A DNA stretch of 29,763 nt from a virus (IMGVR_UViG_3300020352_000025:1-29763); one strand, 5' to 3'. Numbered from the stretch's first letter, positions 8,925 to 18,305 are shown. A program made the numbers and translations. The notes: generated by a model not told the origin, from the sequence alone.

Positions 8925-11900
8925 AATTTTTGCACATGGTAGTTACATTGGTACTACAGGGTATGCAAATCACACAAGAGCTTTTTATAGAGAATTATCT
9001 AATATATATAATTTAAAAGTTAGAAATTTTACTATAGGAGGTTCTTGGGAGGGACATAATGATGAACCCCACAATAAAGAAGATTATATAGATAATTTAG
9101 ATAAAAAATTATTAGTTGAACAATCTTTATGGGATAATGATGATAAATTAAATCACCATTCATTTTATTCTAAATACCCTAATAATTTTAATCATAACAT
9201 TAATATAGTTCTTAATGAAACAAACCACCATTTCTTTTACCAAAACTATCAGGGCCCTAAAATAGCATATAATGTTTGGGAAACTACAAGACAACCAGAT
9301 TATTTTTTTAATCAATTAAAAACATTTGATCAAGTTTGGGTTCCTTCTCAATGGCAAAAAGATTGTACTATAGAACAGGGTATAGAAGAAAATAAAGTAA
9401 AAGTTGTTCCTGAAGCTGTTGATGGTAATATATTTAAACCTAATGATAAAGTAACTTTACCTGATTATGATGATGGTAGATTTAAATTTGTCATATTTGG
9501 TAGATGGGATTACAGAAAATCAACTAAAGAATTAATAGAATCTTTTTTAGAAGAATTTAGTAAAGATGAACCAGTTGACTTAATAGTATCTATCGACAAC
9601 CCGTATGCTAAAGATAAATTTAAATCTACAGAAAAAAGATTAAAACATTATAAATTAAATGACCCCAGAGTAAAAGTAAAACATTTTCCAACTAGAAAAG
9701 AATATATAAAATTTTTACAAAAGGGTCATGTATTTTTATCTTGTGCTAGATCTGAAGGTTGGAATTTACCTTTAATTGAAGCAATGGCTTGTGGTACTCC
9801 TTCTATATATTCAAATTGTAGTGCACAATTAGAATTTGCTGATGGGTTAGGATTACCAGTAAATATTTCATCTACATCCCCAGCTAAAAAAGGGGAATAT
9901 AGTAGTTTCTCTCAAGAAATGTTAGAAGGAGAGTTTTATGATCCTGATTTTGATCATTTAAAAGAAGTAATGAGGGATGCTTATGAAAATTATGAATACC
10001 ATAAAAAACAATCTATAATAGAGTCTAAAATAATTAGAAAAAAGTTTACTTGGGAAAATGCTGCTAAAATAGCAGGTAAAGAATTAGAAAATTTACTAGA
10101 AAATATCCCACAAAATAAGGTAGAAATAAGTTTTAATTTAGGTCCTAAAGTAGAGGTTTTGGGGCATCATAACAACAAATATACAGTTGAATTTATAAAT
10201 GGTATTAATAATGAAATAGTGCATGTAGCTACTATTACTAATAATATGTGGGCTCATTGTAACAAAACATATAATATACCTTGGATAATTAAAATTAATG
10301 GTGAAATAGTACATACTTTTAATTTAGAAAATAAAACAGTAAAAATTTCATTTGAATCAAAATCAATAGGAGATACACTAGCTTGGGCTCCACAAGTAAT
10401 AGAGTTTAAAAATAAATATAAATGTAATGTTATAGTTAGTACATTCCATAATGAATGGTTTAAAAACCTAAATACTTATAAAGATATTACATTTGTTAAC
10501 CCGGGAGAAAATCCCCCATGTTATGCTCATTTTCAAATAGGTTGGTTTAGAGATGATAACGGTGGTTGGAAAAATTTAAATGACCACCCAACACAAGTAA
10601 ATACTATACCATTAATCCAGGCGGCTACTGATATTTTAAATCTTCCTTATAAACCCATTAATTATGGGATTGATTATAAAATAGGAAAAAGACCAATAAA
10701 ACAAAAATATATTTGCATTGGACCTCAAGCAACAGCAGGGTTAAAAGAATGGCAATATGAAAGTTGGATTAAATTAGCTGAATCCTTAACTAAAGAAGGT
10801 TACAAAGTTATTAGTTTAACACTTAATGGTTTTAAGGGTAAAAATATTATTAATAAGAAAAATTTATCTTGGGACAAATTATTTAATTATATCCACCATG
10901 CAGAATTATTTATAGGACTGGGATCAGGATTATCTTGGGTTAATTGGGCTATGAAGAAACATACTTTAATGGTTAATAATTTTGTTCCTTATGGGTATGA
11001 TGTACCTAATAATCTAACTAAAATAGAAAACCATTCTGTATGTAATAATTGTTGGGTTAATAAAGATTATGTTTTTGATACAGGAGATTGGGATTGGTGC
11101 CCAGAATATAAAGGAACAAATAATCAACATATTTGTCAAAAATCTATAACACCAGAAGTTGTAATTGATAAAGCATTAAATTTATTAAATAATAATAAAA
11201 AAAAATCTTTTGTATGGATAACGGGAGGTAACGAAAGTTATCTTCCTATGATAGAAGTTTTAGCTAAAAGCTTACTTAAATATTCTAAATATAAAATTAT
11301 AGTTTATGGGTTTAATTGTGACTCTAAAATAAATCTTCCTAATGTCATTAATAAAAGAATAGACTATCGCCAAAAACCAAAATTAGAATCAGCTGGAGAA
11401 CCAAATTTATTTAATAAAGATTATTCAATATTTTTTGCTAAATATTTAGCTAGTTTAGATTCGTTAAATGAAGACTATGAAAATTTTGCTTGGATTGATG
11501 GGGATGCTTTTGCTACAGAAAATATTGATAATTCTTTACAATATTTAAAAAATTTAAAAGATTATCCTTTATTTATGAAATATTTTCACGAAGATATTAA
11601 TCAATGGAGATATTATAATAATATTAAATTAGAAGGAAATTATGGTAATGAATTAGCCTCAATTAAAAATATAACTAGAAATCCATATAAAAAATTAATT
11701 GCTACTGGTTTTTATTTTTATAATAAAAAAAGTAAATTATTTTTTGATAAATGTTTAAAATGGAATAAAGAATTAAATTTATATAATGTTAAAATTTATG
11801 TAGATGATAACGCATTCTCAGAAGAAAGAGTAGCTAATAATATACTTTGGGAAGAAAATAAGACATTAGATTTACCAATTACATGGAATAATTATTATAG

Positions 11901-12630
11901 CTCAGAAGATGAAATAAAAGTTAATTTACCCTATTTAAAACAAGGGTTTGATGTAATGTATGATACTAATACTTTAAAACCTTATTTTATACATGGTCCC
12001 GACCCATCAGTAACTCCTAAAGGTGCGGATATTTTAAATAAAGCTTTTAATGATTATAAATCATCAAAATTAATGATTGTTGCTCATCCTGATGATGAAT
12101 TAATATTTGGGGGGGAAGAATTAATAAAATATGGTTCTGATTATAAAGTAATTTGTCTTACAAATAAATCAAATATAGAAAGAAGTAAAGAATTTAATAA
12201 AGTAATGAAAAAACTTAACGTAGGTTCTTGGGAAATGTTTGATTATGAAGATACTTTAAATCCAACAGAACAATTTAATTTAAAAAATATAATTAATTAT
12301 AAAAATTGGGATAAAATAGTAACTCATAACCCTATTGGGGAATATGGACACCCACAACATAAATTAATTTTTGATGCTGTTAAAAATGAAACTAATGATT
12401 TTTATGTATTTAGCAAATCTCCACAAAAAATAACTAAAAAATATTTGGAAACTAAAAAATCACTACTTAAATTATATAAGTCAGAACAACCCATTATTAA
12501 CCAAATTTTAAATAAAAAAGGTGATTGGTTTAAAAGTAACTCGGATACAAATTATATTGAACACGAATCAATAACTAAATATGATAAATTAAAAGATATA
12601 TCAACTTATATAGCATGTTATGAAAAATAA
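8905..12630 (+). CDS. Four-domain glycan-modifying enzyme: GT4 + AAH/TibC-like (GT-B) glycosyltransferase + DxD GT-A-like domain + PIG-L/LmbE deacetylase
   Basis: GT4 motifs TGY, WET, GRWDYRK and EGWNLPLIEAMACG (~8905-10105). SKSIGDTLAW, FIGLGSGLSW and CNNCW..WCP..CQKSI (~10110-11190). WIDGD (11491-11505). AHPDDE (12082-12099) and THNPIGEYGHPQH (12322-12360). Confidence 0.85.
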   Translation: MAKQKPKIFAHGSYIGTTGYANHTRAFYRELSNIYNLKVRNFTIGGSWEGHNDEPHNKEDYIDNLDKKLLVEQSLWDNDDKLNHHSFYSKYPNNFNHNINIVLNETNHHFFYQNYQGPKIAYNVWETTRQPDYFFNQLKTFDQVWVPSQWQKDCTIEQGIEENKVKVVPEAVDGNIFKPNDKVTLPDYDDGRFKFVIFGRWDYRKSTKELIESFLEEFSKDEPVDLIVSIDNPYAKDKFKSTEKRLKHYKLNDPRVKVKHFPTRKEYIKFLQKGHVFLSCARSEGWNLPLIEAMACGTPSIYSNCSAQLEFADGLGLPVNISSTSPAKKGEYSSFSQEMLEGEFYDPDFDHLKEVMRDAYENYEYHKKQSIIESKIIRKKFTWENAAKIAGKELENLLENIPQNKVEISFNLGPKVEVLGHHNNKYTVEFINGINNEIVHVATITNNMWAHCNKTYNIPWIIKINGEIVHTFNLENKTVKISFESKSIGDTLAWAPQVIEFKNKYKCNVIVSTFHNEWFKNLNTYKDITFVNPGENPPCYAHFQIGWFRDDNGGWKNLNDHPTQVNTIPLIQAATDILNLPYKPINYGIDYKIGKRPIKQKYICIGPQATAGLKEWQYESWIKLAESLTKEGYKVISLTLNGFKGKNIINKKNLSWDKLFNYIHHAELFIGLGSGLSWVNWAMKKHTLMVNNFVPYGYDVPNNLTKIENHSVCNNCWVNKDYVFDTGDWDWCPEYKGTNNQHICQKSITPEVVIDKALNLLNNNKKKSFVWITGGNESYLPMIEVLAKSLLKYSKYKIIVYGFNCDSKINLPNVINKRIDYRQKPKLESAGEPNLFNKDYSIFFAKYLASLDSLNEDYENFAWIDGDAFATENIDNSLQYLKNLKDYPLFMKYFHEDINQWRYYNNIKLEGNYGNELASIKNITRNPYKKLIATGFYFYNKKSKLFFDKCLKWNKELNLYNVKIYVDDNAFSEERVANNILWEENKTLDLPITWNNYYSSEDEIKVNLPYLKQGFDVMYDTNTLKPYFIHGPDPSVTPKGADILNKAFNDYKSSKLMIVAHPDDELIFGGEELIKYGSDYKVICLTNKSNIERSKEFNKVMKKLNVGSWEMFDYEDTLNPTEQFNLKNIINYKNWDKIVTHNPIGEYGHPQHKLIFDAVKNETNDFYVFSKSPQKITKKYLETKKSLLKLYKSEQPIINQILNKKGDWFKSNSDTNYIEHESITKYDKLKDISTYIACYEK

Positions 12631-13537
12631 AAATTTAATAGTAATTTTATGTTATTGTGATACGCAAGAAAAATTAGATATATTACAAAATACTATTTCT
12701 ATTTTAAAAGATAACTTTAATATTTTAGTTTCATCCCACTCACCATTACCATCCCTAATTCAGTCCCAAATTGACTATTTTATATATGATCAAAGCAACC
12801 CAATATTACGTTTCCCAGAAAGAGGAATGAAATTTTGGAAAACAGTAGGTGGTCAAGTAAAAATTTCCCATATTAAAGAAGACTATGGTTGGACTGTTTT
12901 TAATTTAATTAAAAATGCTATTTTATTAAATAACAATCTAAATTATTCATTTTGTTCTCTTATTAATTATGATACTAAAATCACTAATGAAATGTTAGAA
13001 TTATTTAATCATCCTAAAGATTTTATTTGTAGTAACTATACGGACCCAGCAACTAATCAACCTCTATTTCCAGGATTATTACTAAATATTTTAAGTAAAG
13101 ATAATACCATTAAAATTAATTCTTTACTTAATAAATCAGATTACGTAAAACAAATTCCAAATACCCAAACTTCAATGTATAATGATGCTGAGAGTTACTG
13201 GGAAAGTATTTTAGAAAATTTTAATTATGAAAAAACAGAAATAGAAGTAAAAGGTATTTTAGAATGTGGCTCCCCAGACGTTTTAAATTATAATAAATAT
13301 AATACAAATTTTAAATTATTTTTTTCGATTAATAATAAACAATTATTAGTTTACGATAATTTTAATAATCTTAATGTTAAAATTAATATAAATGGGGAAA
13401 ATATAATAGTAAAACAAACTAATGAAGTAATAAATTTGCCTAATATAAAATATTTAGGTATATTTATTGATTCAAAATTAGTAGATATTACTAATATTTA
13501 TACTAAAGACAAATTAAATAAAATAGAAAATTTATAA
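12620..13537 (+). CDS. Hypothetical protein, possibly glycosyltransferase-like
   Basis: 305 aa with an alpha/beta N-terminus (LIVILCYCD..ILVSSH..DYFIYD.SNP), INYD motif, and coupling to the GT gene. Family not recognised with certainty. Confidence 0.45.
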   Translation: MKNKNLIVILCYCDTQEKLDILQNTISILKDNFNILVSSHSPLPSLIQSQIDYFIYDQSNPILRFPERGMKFWKTVGGQVKISHIKEDYGWTVFNLIKNAILLNNNLNYSFCSLINYDTKITNEMLELFNHPKDFICSNYTDPATNQPLFPGLLLNILSKDNTIKINSLLNKSDYVKQIPNTQTSMYNDAESYWESILENFNYEKTEIEVKGILECGSPDVLNYNKYNTNFKLFFSINNKQLLVYDNFNNLNVKININGENIIVKQTNEVINLPNIKYLGIFIDSKLVDITNIYTKDKLNKIENL

Positions 13538-13538
13538 T

Positions 13539-14249
13539 ATGAAAGTATTAATTTTAGGACATAATGGGATGTTAGGACATATGGTAACTAAATTTTTTAA
13601 AGATAAAGGATTTCAATGTATTGTTACTGATTGTAAATGGCCAACTAACTGTTTTAAAAACACAATATGTAATTTTGATGGTGAATTTATTATTAATTGT
13701 GCGGGGGCTATCTCCCAAAGAACGGATAAATTTGAAATAAATTGGGAATTACCTCAATGGTTAGACGAACAAACAAAATTTAAGATCATATACCCAGGAA
13801 CAGATTGTGACGATGATAATGATGAATATAGTCTATCTAAAAAACAAGCATCAGACTGGATAAAAGAAAAAGGAAAAAGAACTAAAATTATAAAAACTAA
13901 TATTTTTGGCCCTGAATTAAATTCATCAGCAAGTCTAATGAGTTGGTTTCTTTCACAAAAAAGTGAAATAGATGGCTATTCTAATTATTTATTTAATGGT
14001 AATACTACATTAACATGGGCTCAATATTGTTTATATCTTATGTTTAATTGGGAAGACCATAACATAGAAACTATTTTAAATAGTGAATGTATATCAAAAT
14101 ATGATTTGCTATTATTATTAAAAGAAATATATAAAAAAGAAATAAAAATAAACCCTATAGATAAACCAAAAAGGAATAAATGTTTAATTAATGGGGTACA
14201 AACTTTACCTTTAAGAACACAAATATTAGCATTAAAAGAATTCTATTAA
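13539..14249 (+). CDS. NAD(P)-dependent nucleotide-sugar reductase/epimerase (RmlD-like SDR)
   Basis: KVLILGHNGMLG Rossmann motif, IINCAG, GTDC and catalytic YSLSK (YxxxK). Confidence 0.8.
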   Translation: MKVLILGHNGMLGHMVTKFFKDKGFQCIVTDCKWPTNCFKNTICNFDGEFIINCAGAISQRTDKFEINWELPQWLDEQTKFKIIYPGTDCDDDNDEYSLSKKQASDWIKEKGKRTKIIKTNIFGPELNSSASLMSWFLSQKSEIDGYSNYLFNGNTTLTWAQYCLYLMFNWEDHNIETILNSECISKYDLLLLLKEIYKKEIKINPIDKPKRNKCLINGVQTLPLRTQILALKEFY

Positions 14250-14262
14250 TATTTATAATAAA
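14249..14262 (+). promoter_or_regulatory. Putative late promoter motif ATATTTATAATAAA
   Basis: Motif copy at the end of the cassette, ahead of the ATG at 14272. Confidence 0.7.
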
Positions 14263-14271
14263 TAAAAACAC

Positions 14272-14523
14272 ATGAGTACAACTAAGTTATTAGAAAAAGA
14301 GTTACAAAAATTAAAAGATTTACAAAGACAAGAAAATGAAATAGTTTTTAGTTTAGGTGATATAGAAAGAAAAAAATACTTTTTATCTAAACAAAAAACA
14401 ACCCTTGAAAGTAATTATGTATCTCTTCTTCAAGATCAAGAAACATTAGGTAAGGAATTACAAGAAAAATATGGAGAAGGTAATATTAATCTAGAAAAGG
14501 GAGAGTTCGTTAGTTCAAAATAG
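14272..14523 (+). CDS. Small coiled-coil hypothetical protein
   Basis: 83 aa helical protein ending LQEKYGEGNINLEKGEF; has its own late motif. Confidence 0.7.
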   Translation: MSTTKLLEKELQKLKDLQRQENEIVFSLGDIERKKYFLSKQKTTLESNYVSLLQDQETLGKELQEKYGEGNINLEKGEFVSSK

Positions 14524-14542
14524 TTCTTTGAAAAAATCTTTA

Positions 14543-14557
14543 ATATGTATAATAAAA
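14543..14557 (+). promoter_or_regulatory. Putative late promoter motif ATATGTATAATAAAA
   Basis: Motif copy upstream of the tail sheath ATG at 14582. Confidence 0.7.
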
Positions 14558-14581
14558 CAATATTAAAAATAACATATAAAG

Positions 14582-16963
14582 ATGGCAGAAACATTATTAT
14601 CTCCAGGTGTATTAGCTAGAGAAAACGACCAATCGTTTATTACCCAACAACCAGCTGAAATTGGTGCCGCTATTATTGGACCAGCTGCAATAGGTCCTGT
14701 TGAAGTTCCAACATTAGTTACTTCTTTTAGCCAATATTCAGCAATTTTTGGTACTACTGTACAAAGTGGTTCAAATGCTTATTCATATTTAACTGCATTA
14801 GCGGCAAATAATTATTTTCAAAGTGGTGGGAATAGCTTATTAGTTACTAGAGTAGTACCCGAAACATTTTCTTCTGCTACAAGTTCATTTGTAGACTCAG
14901 TAGATGGTGAACCTTTATTAACGGGTGATACAAATGCAGCAGCATTATTTGCTAATGGAGTATCTGCAGGATCAGCTTTTACAGGATCAGCAGAAACTGT
15001 AACTTATACAGCAGCTACTTATTCTGCAACAGGAGGAGGTTCTGGAGCAGTATTTAATTTAGTAACAGATAATGGAGCAGAAGCTGCAGTAACAGCATCT
15101 TCAGCAGGAACAGGATATAAAGTAGGAGATGTAATTACATTTTCTTCAAACGATAACGGTGGTTCGCCATTAATTTCAACTACAATTCTTAATGCTGTTA
15201 CAATAAACACCTTTAATACAAATACAGATCCATCTACTACATTAGATGGAACTTATAGATTTCAAAGTGGTAGTACTGCTGCTACAGATTTAGTAGTAAG
15301 TAATGGAGGTACTGCAACAGGAGTAGAGCTTGAAGTAACTATTTTAAATGGGGTAATTACTGATGTAGTACCATATGTTGTTGGATCTGGTGAAGGTGAA
15401 GGATCAATAGTAGGTACAACATTTGAAATATCACAGGATGCTTTAAATGCTCAAACTGGAGATGGGAATGGGACAGGTAAGCTTACATTAGTGCTTACTG
15501 CAGATGAATTAAGTGCAGGAACTTTCGCAGTAACTCTAGATTCAGATAATATAGAAGTATCAGCCCCATCATTTGAGTTAGAAACAATTTCTGAAGGGGA
15601 AATAATGAACACTGGAACAAGCCAATTATCAAACGGAGCTTTAGTATCAGGTTCAGCACAAAATGTACGTTGGTCAGTAGCTAGTGTAAATACAGGATCT
15701 GGAACATTTAGTTTATTAATTAGAAGAGGAAATGATAATACTAACCAACAAGTAGTATTAGAACAATATTTAGATGTATCACTAGATCCATATCAGCCAA
15801 ATTATATTGGAGCACAAATTGGTGATATTAAGAAAAATTTAGTAAATGATGGAGCAGATTATTATATCCAAGAATCAGGTTCATATGCTAACTTATCAAG
15901 CTATGTAAGAGTTAAATCAGTAAGAAAAACTCCAAATTATTTTGATAATAATGGAGCAGCAAAAGATAACTTTACAGGTAGTCTACCAGCTGTAGCATCA
16001 GGATCATTCGGAGGTGCTGTAGGTAGAAATATTACAACAGCAGATTCTGGAAGAATTTCTAATTTTTATTCAAATATTGGAGACGGTGCTGCTTGGGATA
16101 CACAAGGATTAACTGGTAGTAATTATGATAACGCAATTGCTTTATTAGGAAATGTAGATGAATACAAATATAATGTTATTAGTGCTCCTGGATTAATTAA
16201 CGCGGTACACACAACTCAAACAACGGCTTTAGTTAATAATTCATTAAATAGAGGTGATAACGTTGCAGTAGTAGACCTAGTAAAATATGGAAGCTCAGTA
16301 ACTTCAGTAACGCAAGCAGCTGCTTCATTTGATAATAGTTATGCTGCTACATATTGGCCATGGGTACAAATGATTGACCCACAAACTGGTGAATTAGTAT
16401 TCGTACCAGCTTCAACGGTAATCCCGGGAGTATATGTCTTTACAGATGCTTCAAGTGAACCGTGGTTTGCACCTGCGGGATTAACTAGAGGAGCTTTAGG
16501 ACAAGTAGTTAGAGCTGAAAGAAGATTAACAGCAAATAATAGAGATACTTTATATGAAGCAAATGTTAACCCATTAGCTACATTCCCACAAAGTGGAGTA
16601 GTTGTATTTGGACAAAAAACACTACAGAAAAGAGCTAGTGCTTTAGATAGAGTAAATGTACGTAGATTATTAATTGCCCTTAAAGGATTTATTTCCGGAG
16701 TAGCTGATAATTTAGTATTTGAACAAAATACAATCGCTACAAGAAATAATTTCTTAAGTGTTGTTAACCCCTATTTAGAAGGAGTACAACAAAGACAAGG
16801 ATTATATGCATTTAAAGTAGTAATGGATGATACTAATAATACTCCAACTGTAATAGATAGAAATGAGTTAGTAGGACAAATTTTCTTACAACCAACAAAA
16901 ACAGCTGAATTTGTAATATTAGATTTCAATGTATTACCAACTGGAGCAACATTCCCAGCATAA
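14582..16963 (+). CDS. Contractile tail sheath protein (T4 gp18-like)
   Basis: LSPGVLARE.D, SYAATYWPW, PWFAPAG.RG, LYEANVNP, FGQKTLQ..SALDRVNVRRL, FEQN and P.KTAEFV.LDF. Confidence 0.96.
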   Translation: MAETLLSPGVLARENDQSFITQQPAEIGAAIIGPAAIGPVEVPTLVTSFSQYSAIFGTTVQSGSNAYSYLTALAANNYFQSGGNSLLVTRVVPETFSSATSSFVDSVDGEPLLTGDTNAAALFANGVSAGSAFTGSAETVTYTAATYSATGGGSGAVFNLVTDNGAEAAVTASSAGTGYKVGDVITFSSNDNGGSPLISTTILNAVTINTFNTNTDPSTTLDGTYRFQSGSTAATDLVVSNGGTATGVELEVTILNGVITDVVPYVVGSGEGEGSIVGTTFEISQDALNAQTGDGNGTGKLTLVLTADELSAGTFAVTLDSDNIEVSAPSFELETISEGEIMNTGTSQLSNGALVSGSAQNVRWSVASVNTGSGTFSLLIRRGNDNTNQQVVLEQYLDVSLDPYQPNYIGAQIGDIKKNLVNDGADYYIQESGSYANLSSYVRVKSVRKTPNYFDNNGAAKDNFTGSLPAVASGSFGGAVGRNITTADSGRISNFYSNIGDGAAWDTQGLTGSNYDNAIALLGNVDEYKYNVISAPGLINAVHTTQTTALVNNSLNRGDNVAVVDLVKYGSSVTSVTQAAASFDNSYAATYWPWVQMIDPQTGELVFVPASTVIPGVYVFTDASSEPWFAPAGLTRGALGQVVRAERRLTANNRDTLYEANVNPLATFPQSGVVVFGQKTLQKRASALDRVNVRRLLIALKGFISGVADNLVFEQNTIATRNNFLSVVNPYLEGVQQRQGLYAFKVVMDDTNNTPTVIDRNELVGQIFLQPTKTAEFVILDFNVLPTGATFPA

Positions 16964-16978
16964 AAATAAAAAAGATAA

Positions 16979-16993
16979 ATATTTATAATAAAA
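16979..16993 (+). promoter_or_regulatory. Putative late promoter motif ATATTTATAATAAAA
   Basis: Motif copy upstream of the tail tube ATG at 17006. Confidence 0.7.
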
Positions 16994-17005
16994 TAAAAAA
17001 ATAAA

Positions 17006-17494
17006 ATGGCAGTATTAGATCCAAACGAAATATTTTTCACAGCTTTTGAGCCAAAACAGCAGAATAGATTTATCCTCTATGTGGATGGTATTCCTGCTTA
17101 TGTGGTAAAAGGAGTTGGAGCTGTATCCGTAACACAAGGTACAGTTGAATTAAATCATATTAATGTATCAAGATATGTAAAAGGTAAAACAGTTTGGGAT
17201 CCTATCTCATTAACATTATTTGACCCAATTACACCATCTGGAGCTCAAGCCGTTATGGAATGGGTACGTTTACATCATGAATCAGTTACTGGTCGTGATG
17301 GATATAGTGATTTCTATAAAAAAGATCTTACTTTTAATGTACTTGGTCCTGTAGGAGATATAGTATCAGAATGGATTATTAAAGGTGCATTTATTACAAA
17401 TGCTGGATTTGGAGAATATAATTGGGATTCTGTAGATACTGCTCAAAATATAGAATTAACGGTACAACCAGATTATTGTATCTTAAATTTCTAA
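17006..17494 (+). CDS. Tail tube protein (T4 gp19-like)
   Basis: 162 aa directly after the sheath; FEPKQQNRF, GK..WDPI.LT..D, VMEW, YKKD and W..KGAF. Confidence 0.9.
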   Translation: MAVLDPNEIFFTAFEPKQQNRFILYVDGIPAYVVKGVGAVSVTQGTVELNHINVSRYVKGKTVWDPISLTLFDPITPSGAQAVMEWVRLHHESVTGRDGYSDFYKKDLTFNVLGPVGDIVSEWIIKGAFITNAGFGEYNWDSVDTAQNIELTVQPDYCILNF

Positions 17495-17523
17495 AAATTT
17501 TACCCACCCCTGATTGAAAAATT

Positions 17524-17549
17524 GCTTGGCTTAGGCCAAGCTTTTTTTT
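17524..17549 (+). terminator. Rho-independent terminator after tail tube
   Basis: Stem GCTTGGC (17524-17530), loop TTAG, stem GCCAAGC (17535-17541), then T8. Confidence 0.88.
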
Positions 17550-17560
17550 ATTTTAATTAT

Positions 17561-18229
17561 ATGGTACAAGACTATCCTAATTTTTTATCTTTAGAAGAAA
17601 TAAAAATCATTAGAAATAATATTTATGAATTAAAAGAATATTGGAAACATATTTCTCAATACGAAAATAGCCATGCCCAAATATATAAGGGTACACCAAC
17701 AGAAGAAGCTATTATGGAACAATGTAAGGCTGAATATACTTTAGGTGATGCAATATATAAATTAGAAGGGAAAAAAGAAAATATAGATATAGGAATTCAA
17801 TTACTATTAGTTAAAAAATTTTATTGGTTGTATAAAAAATTAATTGATAGAATAGAATTAATAACTTCCATACCTACGGAATTAGAAGGAGAATTAACAA
17901 TCCCAGGATTTCATGTATTTACAGGTTTCCCACAACCCTTAAAAACATATAATTACCATTTAGATCTTAATATTTTAGATTTCTACCCTAAATTAGATAT
18001 AAATAAAATTTATTCATTTGTATCTTTAATAGAATCTAAAGGCACTACACCCTATTTAGATTATAAAACTGGTACTAAAAACTATGAATTTGGTACTTTA
18101 CATATTTGGAAAGGAGATATACCTCATAGAATAGGACAATTAGAGTTAAAACAAAATGATTCTAGAATCACATTTCAGGGTCATTATTATTATGATTCTG
18201 TTGCAAATTCTAATAAATTATTTTTCTAA
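17561..18229 (+). CDS. 2OG-Fe(II) dioxygenase-like protein
   Basis: PGFHVF, YHLD (HxD), GTLHIWKG..PH.I (distal His) and RITFQGH (2OG-binding Arg). ATG 17561 is preferred over TTG 17522, which overlaps the start of the terminator hairpin. Confidence 0.75.
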   Translation: MVQDYPNFLSLEEIKIIRNNIYELKEYWKHISQYENSHAQIYKGTPTEEAIMEQCKAEYTLGDAIYKLEGKKENIDIGIQLLLVKKFYWLYKKLIDRIELITSIPTELEGELTIPGFHVFTGFPQPLKTYNYHLDLNILDFYPKLDINKIYSFVSLIESKGTTPYLDYKTGTKNYEFGTLHIWKGDIPHRIGQLELKQNDSRITFQGHYYYDSVANSNKLFF

Positions 18230-18235
18230 ATTGCG

Positions 18236-18275
18236 TGGAGATGGTAAAAAAACTAACTATATTGATATTTATCAA
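18236..18275 (+). promoter_or_regulatory. Putative dual promoter: TGGA-N18-TATATT plus late-like ATATTTATC
   Basis: TGGA at 18236-18239 and TATATT at 18258-18263 (same spacing as at 7426 and 28391), overlapping ATATTTATCAA at 18265-18275. Confidence 0.5.
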
Positions 18276-18305
18276 CGCACAAAACGTTATTAATAAATAA
18301 AGATT

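Noticed and set aside
7479-14249. Cassette as a DNA hypermodification system
   Set aside because: No base hydroxymethylase, thymidylate-synthase homologue or other DNA-modifying partner is present, and the location is in the virion module. Not formally excluded.
17522-17560. TTG start and N-terminal extension of the oxygenase
   Set aside because: The extension runs through the terminator hairpin and T tract; ATG 17561 is more plausible.
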